Source: an uncultured virus (IMG/VR IMGVR_UViG_3300030329_003992) (Duplodnaviria; Heunggongvirae; Uroviricota; Caudoviricetes). Taken from it: DNA of 64,000 bases. The position numbers and the translations under genes were made by a program. Shown piece after piece: positions 21,801 to 32,400 of the stretch. The notes beneath the pieces were generated by a model, which was not told the DNA's origin, searched no databases, and saw only the letters and a program-made list of their open reading frames with translations. Location of the stretch: IMG/VR virus record IMGVR_UViG_3300030329_003992; one strand, given 5' to 3'. The stretch's first letter is position 1, and each line of letters starts with the position of its first letter.

Positions 21801-23055
21801 AGAATCAGATGCTAATAGTTTAGACGCTTCATCATTTCCAAATAATTTTTTCAAAATATTAAAAGCTAAAGTTAAAAAAGCAAGTAATTCAGTTGGTTAT
21901 AATACTTTTGCATTAAGACATACTGATGCACTTGGTACATCAAATGTTTCTGAATCAGGTTGGATGCAAGATGATTTTAATGATACACCAGTTATTAATT
22001 CTGCGTGGACAGTAACACAAGTTACACCTGGAACATTGAGATATGTTTCTGGAATACCATATTATAATTCTGGTGCACAAGTTAGAATAAGTCAAATGAC
22101 AATAGAAAAAATTTGTGGACAAATGTATAGAGATACTTCATCTTTTGTAACAGTGCAAAATGCTACTGGTTCATCTATGAGTGGTTCTGTAACATTTAAT
22201 TATGCTGATACATTGGGACAAGATATTCCAAATGCAAATTCTTTATCAGCACAGAATATATCACCAATGTCAATTAACATTAACGGATCTGGGGAAGGAT
22301 TGGGAACAATAAAAGCAAGTTGTGTTAATATCAATGGTTCTAGTGCAGAAGTTATTAATTCACAACAAATTAAATATTGGTTTACTTCTATTAGTTTTGA
22401 TGAAACAAATTTACCAAGTTCTCATTCAGCGGGGGCTACATTAAAAAGAGTTGAGTTGGGATTGAGTGGAGCAACTCCTTCATTTACCCCAGCAAATTTT
22501 TCATCTACTTCTCCATGGAACAGTCAGACATCAACAATAACTGGAACAGATGAAGCAGTTACTTTACCTAATGGAGTTAATCATAACACTACTGACTATA
22601 GTGGATTTTTACCAGTTGGTCCTAATTATTCTTCAGGAAGAAGTGGAATACAATATGTAACATTTGCTTTTAATAAGCAAGCAACTTGGCAATTTACACT
22701 TACTATTTCTGGAACAGTTAGTTCAGCACATGCTGCAATGCCAGGAACAATTTTAGATGATGCGTGTAGTGATAAAAATGGATGGTGTGATATGTCTGTT
22801 GGTTATGATGGTTTTGGTATTCCTGGAGCGGGAAGTAGTAGTCCTAGTCCAAATGGTGTAAATGGTTGTGGGGATAATGATACCACAGGACCAGTGCCTC
22901 TAAATACTGCAATGACAAATAAAGAAATTCATTGTTTTTTGATATCTAATTCATCTGGATCAGGAAACCAAGGAAGTTGTATGTTGTTGAGATTTGGACT
23001 TTCTTCCGGACAATCAATCACATCGATTAAAGTTGATACTAGATCATACGCATAG
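15871..23055 (+). CDS. Giant tail-fibre-like virion protein (2394 aa) with PKD-like domains
   Basis: Repeats YYLDYxNFTNxP, PTxLSxFxND, DSAPETLDTLKEL, GQVLKWDG, poly-Gly hinges; PKD-like FTNNS...FDFGDG and WQWDF...HDYQY in the C-terminal half. Confidence 0.8.
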   Translation: MAQVTVQTPDRVQVKVSANTVQSAFTVGDPALRTIAPSGSETIVNLEGNTNVAVAGSLASVINYFSALDVDFGVAGTGANNDVVFGTASVRINGRRAPNYVHVTDTNGYIKIGDATLTQTGGKFSLGGDTLINLSNLEDVPSISSGDAGKVLTVNSTEDGYEYSTVSGGGGGGGATTYTALTDTPGSLGTAGQVVSVNSTGTALEFSTINIPTVDKATIDALLINAATLDGKDSTDLQNYNNLSNAPTIPSTTGELTNDSGFITISDVPTSLSELTNDTNFANVSYVDSQVSDLVNSAPETMNTLQELSNALQNNPQTVQTILDQLGTKANTAMLADIATNPTYYNLTNRPVISTVGLTGEWEDILFKPELYTQLEVAEKIANTVTQSYVNALSINAATVDNRDATNFFERNNPQFPSLIGDFSNVDANTNLADGMVLMYHSANDTFVMGNALGTATIGQLFNVDVGVDNITSPGYFIKSTGNEGSAEWAADLLEFADLSNTPTTISGYGITDAFDGEFSSLTNTPTTMLGYGITDAFDGAYSSLVGEPTKLSEFQYDIHPSVNLSIANTVTFDFIQSLNANVAFLNGQNGDHYLDYTNFTNKPLGLSEFNYDIHPTVNLSIANTVTSAFVSSLNANSAIANNALNLGGQNASYYLNWENFTNKPTAVSDFTNDLNFATQTYVNDQMSGSINASYLGTQLPSYYLDYDNFINTPSIPAAGNIDIGDLKDVSNTAPSTGQVLKWDGNQWGPGADIVGSGGGGGGGGSGNADTLDGFDGSYYLDWTNVYGKPTALSDFTNDLDLSSFANTVHYANTAYVNNTILDIVTKSYVDTLNLEYTALANTPTLLSQFTNDPVFANTDYVNTTIESIVTKSYVESFNVNSAFLDGETKSYYLDYQNFTNTPTIPTNLSELANDVNFVDTTYVTSVIEPKANTTMLSDYALTSYVDTKVANVVDSAPETLDTLKELSDALGADENFSTTMTTQLGLKANTAMLSNVATTGDYTDLSNLPDLDNLSSIPTALSQLANDTNFIDQTFVESKLDIKANTAMLADVATSGSYTDLINIPSLAGNISDLTDDVGIVTRSNISDYGIGTLENVANGANSTSTSNGMVLLFIANNSLETGGLWTPSTIGQISQGVFQSFTGTQLLGLISTVGTPVPDFDADKLDSQQGSYYLDYQNFTSTPTNLDQFNNDQEKLTDHDGNYIVSENAGVDTIVTEASGPGFVTLTNTVTTIGSTVNKTYIDLLQSNAGTLNFTQKTLTEAGDTIVTEIAEPILTENSGAKESSYFLDYTNLQNTPNTISGVANVALTGNIHSLNDVSDVLPTDGQILKWSSSNSSWYAADDGGGSGGGGGGGSFSGFANTLIIGTPTTDYGGSLLQDGATVVMKANSTVADGFDILNETILNIRNNTYVRHAQFTMSVTGEASGHSGHNHSPLTVNFTDTGDYTLASPTHEWTFQTSSGDQTSGETNPSFTWNEANGGEFQISHKVYSNDVEYPGSAGSFSIHTANVVVTTPLPVPSFVADVTTFDLDGGGTQVTFTNNSQSANRFLFDFGDGTTWPTGGQPDDPTGSGAGNAAWLETSAPVSHTYTGTVDQRFTVKLYAWHTSHDSYTPHSSHVINQTRTNYLSGYVAATPSFTFTTLTGNNQAPEDQPDGSNIEGHKVTLTNTTSGVGNFGQQFTWKFDDDATNASWIQAPGGSTGESLTIDSQSGSPGDYNVDVVRYFRRQNTSVHAAIVYKVKLQVVTGHSNSPFETAETEVEVYKDPRANFSFGMKNNPTGHGSYSATSVGFLFTGYDGLDYNIVTFNDDSENVNAWQWDFNNAGSIDQSTQGPHDYQYTTSGQKSVKLIATGTTSESATDDTETKSAAITINPAPSAPNGMSGSLSITNGTTGTSPKIATGATDNSGGSIPAAGQSAKRIVSSGDVVSSTSDWFRAWPGNTDTTGSVMSIINGSIDSTITLAVSGNAQTSGTLEITQESDANSLDASSFPNNFFKILKAKVKKASNSVGYNTFALRHTDALGTSNVSESGWMQDDFNDTPVINSAWTVTQVTPGTLRYVSGIPYYNSGAQVRISQMTIEKICGQMYRDTSSFVTVQNATGSSMSGSVTFNYADTLGQDIPNANSLSAQNISPMSININGSGEGLGTIKASCVNINGSSAEVINSQQIKYWFTSISFDETNLPSSHSAGATLKRVELGLSGATPSFTPANFSSTSPWNSQTSTITGTDEAVTLPNGVNHNTTDYSGFLPVGPNYSSGRSGIQYVTFAFNKQATWQFTLTISGTVSSAHAAMPGTILDDACSDKNGWCDMSVGYDGFGIPGAGSSSPSPNGVNGCGDNDTTGPVPLNTAMTNKEIHCFLISNSSGSGNQGSCMLLRFGLSSGQSITSIKVDTRSYA

Positions 23056-23066
23056 GAGATTAGAAA

Positions 23067-26000
23067 ATGGCAATTGATCAATCAGTACTTGTTAATAGAA
23101 TTGACAAAAAAGTAAACTATGGTTTAGCAAGAACAGATTATTCTTCTATTAAGAGTGTTATTGCAGAATCAATAACATCACCATTTCCAAATCCTGCTCA
23201 TACTTTATGGATGGATAGTGATTTAATTCCAGAAAATAGACCAAGTGTAAATTCTAATACCGTTGTTATACATCAGTATAATACTGCTGCAACTTATGGT
23301 TTTGGTAATGCACAGATAGGTGGTGTTTTAGAAATGACTCCCGATCCAACAGTTATTTCCAAAAGATGTTGGTTGGCGTGTACAACTCCTGGAAATCCAG
23401 ATAGTACAAGATTAGTTGATTGGTTGCGTGTTACTTTTGGATCACAATACTTTCCAAAATTTTGTGTAGGTCCAAGAAGTTATACAACTAATTCTGATGG
23501 TTCTATTAATCCTGGTGCAGGATCTGGATTGGGATCTGGTAATTATGATTTACAAGTTTCAGGTAGTTCTTCAGCAACATATAGAAATATAAGTTCTGTA
23601 AAAAATGGTGAAGAATATTATTTTGATACAGAAGCAGGAGTTTTAGTTTTTGCTGGTGATGATCTACCAAGCAATGTTGATAGCAGTGATTATTCTGTTT
23701 ATCTTTATCTTGCAGGAAGATATGTTGGACCAAAAGGATTTAAAAATGCAAATTGGAATGATATTGTTACTATAGATTATAGTCAATTAAATATTCCTTC
23801 TACTCCATACTTATCATTTATTGGTGAAGTGAATGATCCATCTTTTAATAATGGCGGAACTAATGTAAGTAGTTTATTATTTGATGTTGATAGCGGATTT
23901 GCTTTGGATCATTACGCTGCAAATAATACAGTTAAAGTTAGAATGGAGAGTACATTTAAAACATGGAAAATATATGAAGGTGTAACATCTCCAACTAGTT
24001 CTGATATTATAGCACAAGCAGTTGATACTATTTCTCTTTATGGAGGAACAGGAGTATCTTTGACTGCAAATACTGTAACGGGTTCTAAAGCATTAACAAT
24101 TAATCAAGATCCAAATTACCTTACACCTTTTGCTAATACTTCAAGGTATGCACAAACATTATCATCTAATGAATATGAAATTTTAGTTGATGCTTCTGGT
24201 GATAATATTGTTATGGAACAATCACAGTTTCTTACAGAAGATGGTGATACTTTAACAGATCAAGATGGTACACCAAATGCATTGGTCTTTGAAGATTCTG
24301 AAATGAAAATTCAAATGGATGATCAAACTGGTGCATATTATTTGGACTATGAAAATTTTATCAACAAACCAAGTTTAGTAAGTTATTTTGTAAATGATTC
24401 AGGTTATGCAACAGAAGCAGAAGTACATAACCATACAACTTTAGCAATCAATACACAGGTAAATAAAGAATTTGTTAATGCGTTATCAATTGATTATCAC
24501 TCTTTATCAGCTACACCACAAAATTTAAGTGACTTCAATAATGATTTAACTTTAGCATCTTTTGCTAATGATACAAATTTTGCAGATACAAATTATGTAG
24601 ATACTACAATTGTGTCTACTGTTTCAAATACTTTTGTTGAAGGTCTTCAAGTTGATTATAGAACTCTTGCACATACCCCAACTGCACTAAGTGACTTTGC
24701 AAATGATGTTAATTTTGCTACAACATCTTATGTTACAGATACAGTTTCAAATACTTATGTTGAAGGTTTACAAGTTGATTACAGAACACTTTCACATATT
24801 CCAACTGCATTAAGTGAGTTTGCTAATGATGTAAATTTTGTAGATCAAAACTACGTGGATGTAAAAGTTGCTGCAGTTGTTGATTCTGCACCTGCTACAT
24901 TGGATACTTTAAATGAATTGGCGGCAGCATTAAATGATGATGCTGATTTTGCAACAACAGTTACTACACAGTTAGGATTAAAAGCAAATACTGCAATGTT
25001 AAGTGAAGTTGGAAAGTATGGGAGATGGGATGATTTAATTGGAACAGCACCCCCACTTAGTACATTTGCGAATGATGTAAACTTCATAGATCAAAACTAT
25101 GTAGATACTAATCTTATATTAAAAGCAAATACTGCAATGTTAAGTGAAGTCGGAAAGTATGGAAGATGGTCTGATTTAACAGGCACTCCATCTGATATTA
25201 GTATATTCAATAATGATGCAAATTATGCTTCAACATCTGATATAACTAATACAGTTTCAAATACTTATGTTGAAGGTTTACAAGTTGACTATAGAACTCT
25301 AGCTCATATTCCAACAAATTTAAGTGACTTTGCAAATGACGTAAACTTTGTAGATCAAAACTATGTGGATACTAGTCTTGTTTTAAAAGCAAATACTTCA
25401 ATGTTAAGTGAAGTTGGAAAGTATGGAAGATGGACTGATTTAACAGGTACACCACCTGGACTTAGTACATTTGCAAATGATGTTAATTTTGCTACAACAT
25501 CTTATGTTACGGACACAGTTTCAAATACTTATATTGAAGGTTTGCAAGTTGACTATAGGACTCTAGCACATACTCCAACTATACCATCTACTTTAGTATC
25601 ACTAACTAATGTTACACAAAATTTATTAGCAAATGGTGATGTTTTAACATATGAGTCTGATAATACAAGATGGATTAATAAACCATTGGATTGGGATTAT
25701 ATACATAATAAACCTAATGATCTCAATGCGTTCAATAATGGTCCAGGATATGTCACAGAGAGTGGATTACTAAATACTATAAGTCTAGGAAATTTGTCTA
25801 ATGTTGGATCAGGTGCAGATTCAAGTTCTAATGGTTACTTTCTTAGTTATTTAACAGATTACAGTGAATGGAGACCGATTGCGGTTTCTCAAGTAGCTAG
25901 TGGAGTTTTAGAATCTTTATCTGGAACTGATGTTTTAAATTTAGTTAAAACTGCGGATGGTACAGGTTCAGGATTAGATTCAGATTTTCTTGATGGACAC

Positions 26001-26501
26001 CAAAGTACTTATTTTACAGATGGTACTAATATTACTTTTACTGGTGCAGATATAGATGTAGGAACTGGTGATATAAGTACAGAATCAGGAACTTTAGCAG
26101 TTGGTAATACAACACCAGCCGTTCCTGTACAATTAGGATCTTTGGGATTTGATGAAAAATTTTTGTTTATACAGACTGCTGGCACCCAAATAACTTTTGA
26201 TGAATGGGATGCAACAAAATTTAGAGCAGCAAAATATTTAATAACAATCGAGGATCAGAATCAAGATGATGTCGCGGAGACTGCTGATCCTGGATATTTG
26301 GCGTTTGAAGCTTTAGTCTTACATGATGGAACGAGTGCATATATGACAACTTATGGTGAAGTTGATTCAGGCGTAGATGATAGTTGGTCAAATATTACAT
26401 GGGAAACAAATTTAGATTCCAGTAATAAAGTAAGACTGATGGTTGTATCAACTAGCGCGCAGACTAGAATTAAAGCATCTCGGCAAATGCTAACATTATA
26501 A
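23067..26501 (+). CDS. Repeat-rich tail fibre/structural protein (1144 aa)
   Basis: AGGAG RBS; DSAPATLDTLNELAAAL, GSGLDSDFLDG, C-terminal RAAKYLI...LHDG...TYG domain. Confidence 0.8.
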   Translation: MAIDQSVLVNRIDKKVNYGLARTDYSSIKSVIAESITSPFPNPAHTLWMDSDLIPENRPSVNSNTVVIHQYNTAATYGFGNAQIGGVLEMTPDPTVISKRCWLACTTPGNPDSTRLVDWLRVTFGSQYFPKFCVGPRSYTTNSDGSINPGAGSGLGSGNYDLQVSGSSSATYRNISSVKNGEEYYFDTEAGVLVFAGDDLPSNVDSSDYSVYLYLAGRYVGPKGFKNANWNDIVTIDYSQLNIPSTPYLSFIGEVNDPSFNNGGTNVSSLLFDVDSGFALDHYAANNTVKVRMESTFKTWKIYEGVTSPTSSDIIAQAVDTISLYGGTGVSLTANTVTGSKALTINQDPNYLTPFANTSRYAQTLSSNEYEILVDASGDNIVMEQSQFLTEDGDTLTDQDGTPNALVFEDSEMKIQMDDQTGAYYLDYENFINKPSLVSYFVNDSGYATEAEVHNHTTLAINTQVNKEFVNALSIDYHSLSATPQNLSDFNNDLTLASFANDTNFADTNYVDTTIVSTVSNTFVEGLQVDYRTLAHTPTALSDFANDVNFATTSYVTDTVSNTYVEGLQVDYRTLSHIPTALSEFANDVNFVDQNYVDVKVAAVVDSAPATLDTLNELAAALNDDADFATTVTTQLGLKANTAMLSEVGKYGRWDDLIGTAPPLSTFANDVNFIDQNYVDTNLILKANTAMLSEVGKYGRWSDLTGTPSDISIFNNDANYASTSDITNTVSNTYVEGLQVDYRTLAHIPTNLSDFANDVNFVDQNYVDTSLVLKANTSMLSEVGKYGRWTDLTGTPPGLSTFANDVNFATTSYVTDTVSNTYIEGLQVDYRTLAHTPTIPSTLVSLTNVTQNLLANGDVLTYESDNTRWINKPLDWDYIHNKPNDLNAFNNGPGYVTESGLLNTISLGNLSNVGSGADSSSNGYFLSYLTDYSEWRPIAVSQVASGVLESLSGTDVLNLVKTADGTGSGLDSDFLDGHQSTYFTDGTNITFTGADIDVGTGDISTESGTLAVGNTTPAVPVQLGSLGFDEKFLFIQTAGTQITFDEWDATKFRAAKYLITIEDQNQDDVAETADPGYLAFEALVLHDGTSAYMTTYGEVDSGVDDSWSNITWETNLDSSNKVRLMVVSTSAQTRIKASRQMLTL
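24530..25590 (+). repeat. Shuffled internal coding repeats
   Basis: TVSNTxxEGLQVDYRTL x4 and LKANT(A/S)MLSEVGKYGRWxDL x3 with near-identical DNA, e.g. AAAGCAAATACTGCAATGTTAAGTGAAGT at about 24981 and 25122. Confidence 0.85.
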
Positions 26502-26504
26502 ATA
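26497..26504 (+). promoter_or_regulatory. T4-type late promoter (gp55 consensus)
   Basis: Exact TATAAATA overlapping the upstream stop, about 50 bp before ATG 26552. Confidence 0.65.
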
Positions 26505-26551
26505 GATTAGATATAATATTTTTATATTGAAAATTTAAAGGAGCTAATAAA

Positions 26552-28807
26552 ATGTCTTGGAAAGCTTTCAGAGTAAGAAAAGGTCTGCATTCAGACGCAA
26601 AAATTAAAATAGATGGTGACGGTTCAGCGGGATCAGCTATTGAAAATCGTGGAGCATTATCAGTATCATCAAGTCCATCATTGGATAGTGCAACTACCCA
26701 TGACCAAGGTGGAGCGGTCTTGGTATTGGATAATGATAAACAAATATCATTTCGTACTGGTTTTGAATTAAAAGAGGATATAAAATCTTCTGTTGATGTT
26801 AGAGCTGGTTTTGGTATACATTTTTCTAATGTTGATGTTCTGACTTCATCAGCTGGTCAAACCGATGGTCCTCATGGAAATGGTAAATTGCATTACATTG
26901 GTCAAGGGGGTGTAATTGATTTAGCACCACCTGGAACATTAAGTGCTACATCATCTCAATCCGCTGGTACTAGAACAACATATACTGCGGCACAGCCAGA
27001 TGGACATACTCACGTCATTACTGCAGCAGATGATATTTCAGGTTCTACTTATGATTCAGATGCAACATCTTTGTTAAAATCAGATACTAATGGTAAACTT
27101 AAATTAAGACAGTTTGAAACAAGTGGTAATGCAACAATTGGCGGTAATTTTGAAATAACTGGTGACTTAACAGTTTTGGGTACAACTTCAACCGCTTCAT
27201 CACAAAATACAACAATTGGTGATACAGTTATTGCTCTTAATTATACAGCAACAGGTCAAGACGCAATCCCAGCTACAAATGATACTGGACTTTTATTATG
27301 TGCAAAAGCTGGTACTGGTGCAGATAAATACGCAAATGGTGTTATGTTGTGGGACCAAGACTTCGCACAAGGCCATGGTAGATTTGCACTTGTTCAAGGA
27401 GCATATCAATCAGAAACAACTGGTGGACATTTAACAAATGCGGTGGGAGTTGGTGCTCCTGCATCAGATGATCTAACCGCATCTGGATCATTAACTTGGG
27501 CAGATTTAAAATCTGGACCTATTGTAGTAGAAAGTCCTGGAGCAGGTGGTGAAGGTTTAAATATTGGCGGAAATGCAACTGGTGGTTGGGTAAATATTGC
27601 TTCTGGATTAGTGGCAACATCTTCTGGTGGATCTGACGCAGGATCAATTGTTACAGCAGGTGGTATTGCAGCAGGAGAAAATTTAATTTTATCAAAAACA
27701 AGTGGAACTGCACTTGATGTTCAATCAGCTGATAATGCAACAGGTCCAACGGCGGCCGCTTTATTAGTTGCTGGTGGTATTCATATTGGAAAAGACATAT
27801 TAACAACTGGAAGAATTATTGGTACTCCTACAAATCAAGTAGCAATTACTGTACCAGATGCTAATATAACATCCACGACAGCAGTTACTCAAACAGCAGG
27901 TGCGTGGGATGCGTCATTTCAAACTGGTGGTGGAGCGAGAATTGCTGATCATCTTTCAGTAGGTGCTGGAATTTATGTAACAACTACAATGAATGCAGCA
28001 ACTATTACTGCAGAATCAACTGCTGATAACTCAACCACTGCTGGAACCCCTGCGGCCTTTGATACTGGTGCTAGTCTTGTAACTGCTGGATCTCTTGGTG
28101 CAGGTAAAGGTGCGGTAATTCAAGCGGGTAGTTCTGGCAGAGGTATTTTAACAGATGGTTTTTATAAATCTACAGATGATGAAGATTTTAATGAGTTTGG
28201 AGACATGACTACATGGACGGCGGCAGGATCAGGTACAGCCGGCGCTAATCCTTCTATTTCAACTGAAGGTGGTGCAGCAATTAAAAAGAGTCTTGGTGTT
28301 GGTGGAACACTCCATGTTGGTGAAGGTATTAAAATTTATAATAAAGCAACAACTGCTGGTGGAGCAACCGCAACTGGTGAAGTTATGACAGAAATACTTC
28401 CATTTTCATCAGCTGCAATTGCTAATGGTGGAACATTAACAGAAGTAGTAAGTTGGGACACTGGAGCATCTGCGGGTTATGATGGATTGTGTTTTGCGGA
28501 AGTTGCTGCAGTTATGAGTAAAACTGTATCTGGAACTGTTTATTATCAAATGTCTAAATTGTTAATTGCTTCAAGACCAAATGCAGGACCAACAACTGTT
28601 CAACCAGTAGAAATAACAGAATATGCAACTCTTGGAGTTGATGATACTAATTTTGCTGATTCTGATATATCATGGGATTGTGAACAAGACGGAACAACTA
28701 CGTCTAAACTTACATTAAAGTTAGCAAATAATTCTTCAGCTAATGATCCAATTACAGTACATGGAACCATTACTCTATATCGTAGAGCTGTAGCTCATGC
28801 AACTTAA
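26552..28807 (+). CDS. Gly/Ala/Thr-rich tail fibre protein
   Basis: AAGGAG RBS; FRVRKG N-terminus; GDLTVLGT and GGIxxG beta-helix-type repeats. Confidence 0.75.
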   Translation: MSWKAFRVRKGLHSDAKIKIDGDGSAGSAIENRGALSVSSSPSLDSATTHDQGGAVLVLDNDKQISFRTGFELKEDIKSSVDVRAGFGIHFSNVDVLTSSAGQTDGPHGNGKLHYIGQGGVIDLAPPGTLSATSSQSAGTRTTYTAAQPDGHTHVITAADDISGSTYDSDATSLLKSDTNGKLKLRQFETSGNATIGGNFEITGDLTVLGTTSTASSQNTTIGDTVIALNYTATGQDAIPATNDTGLLLCAKAGTGADKYANGVMLWDQDFAQGHGRFALVQGAYQSETTGGHLTNAVGVGAPASDDLTASGSLTWADLKSGPIVVESPGAGGEGLNIGGNATGGWVNIASGLVATSSGGSDAGSIVTAGGIAAGENLILSKTSGTALDVQSADNATGPTAAALLVAGGIHIGKDILTTGRIIGTPTNQVAITVPDANITSTTAVTQTAGAWDASFQTGGGARIADHLSVGAGIYVTTTMNAATITAESTADNSTTAGTPAAFDTGASLVTAGSLGAGKGAVIQAGSSGRGILTDGFYKSTDDEDFNEFGDMTTWTAAGSGTAGANPSISTEGGAAIKKSLGVGGTLHVGEGIKIYNKATTAGGATATGEVMTEILPFSSAAIANGGTLTEVVSWDTGASAGYDGLCFAEVAAVMSKTVSGTVYYQMSKLLIASRPNAGPTTVQPVEITEYATLGVDDTNFADSDISWDCEQDGTTTSKLTLKLANNSSANDPITVHGTITLYRRAVAHAT

Positions 28808-28850
28808 TAATGATTAATTATGAAAAATTTTTGGAAGGAAAAATTGAAAT

Positions 28851-29069
28851 ATGGCATCAGTAGATTTTCGAGTAAGAAAAGGTATAGACGCACAACATTT
28901 AGTTTTGCAGGATCAATCAACTGATCCTGCAAATGTTACAGATCAAACTAAAATTTTTGCTAAAACGGCAGGTGGAGGTGGAAGTGGTATCTTTTTTAGA
29001 GATGGTGTTGAAGATTCTGAAGAATTAGTCAGTCGTAAAAAAGCTATAACATTTAGTTTGGTGTTCTGA
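28851..29069 (+). CDS. Small fibre adaptor-like protein
   Basis: DFRVRKG N-terminus shared with 26552; GGSGIFF and ELVSRKKAITFSLVF end. Confidence 0.6.
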   Translation: MASVDFRVRKGIDAQHLVLQDQSTDPANVTDQTKIFAKTAGGGGSGIFFRDGVEDSEELVSRKKAITFSLVF

Positions 29070-29070
29070 C

Positions 29071-29421
29071 ATGGCAATGGCGGCATACAATGTACCAGGA
29101 ACATATCAAGCAACAGAAACAAATTATTTCTATGTTCCAGCAGGCAAGACCTATGCCATAACTACCGCATTCTTTTCTAATAGACACGCAACACAAGATT
29201 GTGCTTTGAGTGTTTGGGTAACAGACGAATCTCCTTCCACAATTTATAACGCTGGAAATCCGAATGATAAATATTTGTATATAAAAGAATTGCAGATTCC
29301 TGCAACTGATACATATATTAATGATACACAAAGAATGATATTAGATGCGGGTTGGGGATTTTTTTGGATTGCAGATACGGGCAATAGAGTTAATGCTATA
29401 ATAAGTTATATGGAGATTTAA
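29071..29421 (+). CDS. Small virion/fibre connector protein
   Basis: YYV/VP...IPATDT...ILDAG...ISYMEI type fold, similar to 34993-35373. Confidence 0.55.
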   Translation: MAMAAYNVPGTYQATETNYFYVPAGKTYAITTAFFSNRHATQDCALSVWVTDESPSTIYNAGNPNDKYLYIKELQIPATDTYINDTQRMILDAGWGFFWIADTGNRVNAIISYMEI

Positions 29422-32400
29422 TGGCAGCGTTTCTTAAAGCTTCAGCTGATGCGGGATTAAGTGTACAAGCACTTGCTGCGGGTGAAGATAGTGAAGTTCA
29501 ATTTAATCAAGCGGATAATTTAGGCGCTTCAACTAATTTTAGATATCTAAGATTAACAGCAAAATTAATTTTAGGTGCTACTGATTCTCCAGGTTATTTT
29601 AATGTAGCAACAGTCAATGCTTCAACATTAAAAACAAACACACTTCAAAAATCTGACGCTGGGGATGGTCATCTAACAGCAAATATTGATACTGGTAATG
29701 TCACAACTTTATTTGTAACATCTGTATTTGAAACCCCAGAAGCAAATATAACAGTTGCCAATGTAGGAACAATTTATAATACCAGTAGGATTGAAACCCC
29801 AGAAGCAAATATTACAACTGCTAATGTAATTACTCTCTATGCAACATCAAAAGCAGAAACACCTGAAGCAAATATTACAGTAGCAAATGTTGATACTTTA
29901 TATCTAACAACTTATGGTGATATTAATAAAGTAGATATTTCAGAAGCTAATGTAACAGTAGCAAACATAGCAACTGCTTATATTGAAAATCTAACAATTG
30001 ATACTCAACTTCAAGTTGGATCATCATCTACAATAATCACAGAAGATAAAGTTGATGCTGAACAAGTAAATTCTACAACAGCAAATATAGCAACTGCTTA
30101 TATAACATCTAAAGGTGAAATAAATGAAGCAAACATAACAGTTGCTAATGTATCAACACTTTATGTTACCGGTCCTACCAATTTTCAAGATTCATTATAT
30201 GTTGGTCAAAACATTGAAATTACTGGTAATTTAACAGTATTTGGTGATACTACAACTATTGAATCAACAACAATTACTGTTGATGATAAAAATCTAGAAT
30301 TAGCATCTGTTGCAAGTCCTACTGATACTACTGCAGATGGTGCTGGAATTACAATAAAAGGTGCTACTGATAAAACTATTCTTTATACAGATGGTACAAA
30401 ATCTTTTGATCTTAATCAACAATTAAATGTTAATGCAGATGGTGCAACAGAAATAAGAATTGATGGTACTAGATTAGCAAATTCAACAAATATCAATGTT
30501 GATAGTATTAATCTTAATATTGCTAATGTAGAAACTATTAATGTAGTTACCGCTTATGTAACAGGAACATTAGACGTTCCTAAAATTGATGTAGAAGAAG
30601 CTAATGCAACAGTAGCAAATATAGCAACTGCATACATTACAACTAATGCAGTAATTAATAAAGAAGATGTTGAGGAATCAAATGTTACTGTAGCAAATAT
30701 AGCAACTGCTTATGTAACAACTTCAACTATAGCGGACGCAACATTAAGTACTGCTAAAGTTTCAGATCTGACCGCAACAAGAGTTACTTTTGCTGGAACA
30801 GATGGTGAATTAACAGATGATGCAGAACTTTCGTTTGTTTCTCCCAGATTAACGGCTGGTGAATTTACAACTCCCGAAGCAAATTTAACAGTCGCTAATG
30901 TTGGTACTTTATTTGTATCTGGTGATGCAACAGTACATGGTGATATCACAATTGGTGGTGAAATTAATCTTGGTGATGCTGATACAGATAGTTTAACAAT
31001 TGCAGCAGATTTAACATCACATATTATTCCAAACGCTACAGACACTTACGATCTTGGAACTGATGCGAAAAGATGGAAAGATATTTATCTTTCTGGTGCA
31101 TCACATGCAGCAACAAAAATAACTACACCAGAAGCAAATATTACAGTAGCAAATGTAGCAACAATATACGTTACAGAATCAATGTCTGTTCCAAAGTTAG
31201 GTACAGATGAAGCAAATGTAACAGTAGCAAATATATCAACCGCTTATATCACAACTAATGCGGTAATTGAAAAAGAGGATGTAAATGAATCTAATGTACT
31301 AGTTTCAAATACCGCAACCCTCTACGTCACAACTGCAGCAACTGTAGCAGATGCAACATTAACCACTGCCAAAGTATCAGATTTAACTTCTGGTCGAGTA
31401 GTTTTAGCTGGAACGGATGGTGAAATTGAAGATAGTTCTAATTTAACTTTTGATGGAACTACGTTAGATTCTGCAGCAAGAATAACAACTCCTGAAGCAA
31501 ATATAACTGTTGCTAATGTTGGTACTTTATATGCGACAACATTAGATGTGCCTAAACTTGATACTGATGAAGCAAATGTACTTGTTGCTAATATTGGTAC
31601 TTTATATGCAACTACTGAAGTTGTTACTGGAACAATCAAAGCAAGTGATGGAACATCAGCAATAACCATAGCAGATAGTACTGGAAAAGTAACACTATCA
31701 GGTGATTTACAAGTTGATGGAACAACCACAACTTTAAATAGTACAACATTAGATGTAGATGATATTAATATTACAGTTGCTAAAGGTGCAGCAGATGGTG
31801 CGGCAGCAGATGGAGCTGGTCTTAATGTTGATGGAGCAGGTGCAACTTTAACTTATACTGACTCAACCAAATCATGGGATGTTAATCAACAATTTAATAT
31901 TAATGCGTCTGGTGCAACAGAGCTAAGATTAGAAGGAACTAGATTAGCAAATACAACAAACATTAATATTGATAGTATTGATCTTAATATTGCTAATATA
32001 GAAACTGCTAATGTTGGAACAATTTACAATACAAAAAGAATTGAATCACCGGAAGTAAATGTAACAGTAGCAAATGTAGCAACACTTTATGTTACTTCTT
32101 CTGCAACAATCCCGACAATTTCTTCAGATAAAATTTCCACACCAGAAGCAAACATAACAATTGCTAATGTTACTACTGCTTATATTACAACCAATGCGGT
32201 AATTGAAAAAGAAGATGTAAATGAAGCAAATGTATTAGTATCAAATACTGGAACTCTTTATGTAACAACTGCAGCAACTGTAGCAGACGCAACATTAACA
32301 ACTGCTAAAGTTTCTGACTTAACTTCTGGTAGAGTAGTTCTAGCAGGAGCAGATGGTGAAATTGAAGATAGTGATTCATTAACTTTTGATGGAACTACAT

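Noticed and set aside
24530..25590. Repeats as template/variable pair of a diversity-generating retroelement
   Set aside because: No reverse transcriptase in the window; differences are mostly synonymous, not adenine-specific, and lie mid-shaft
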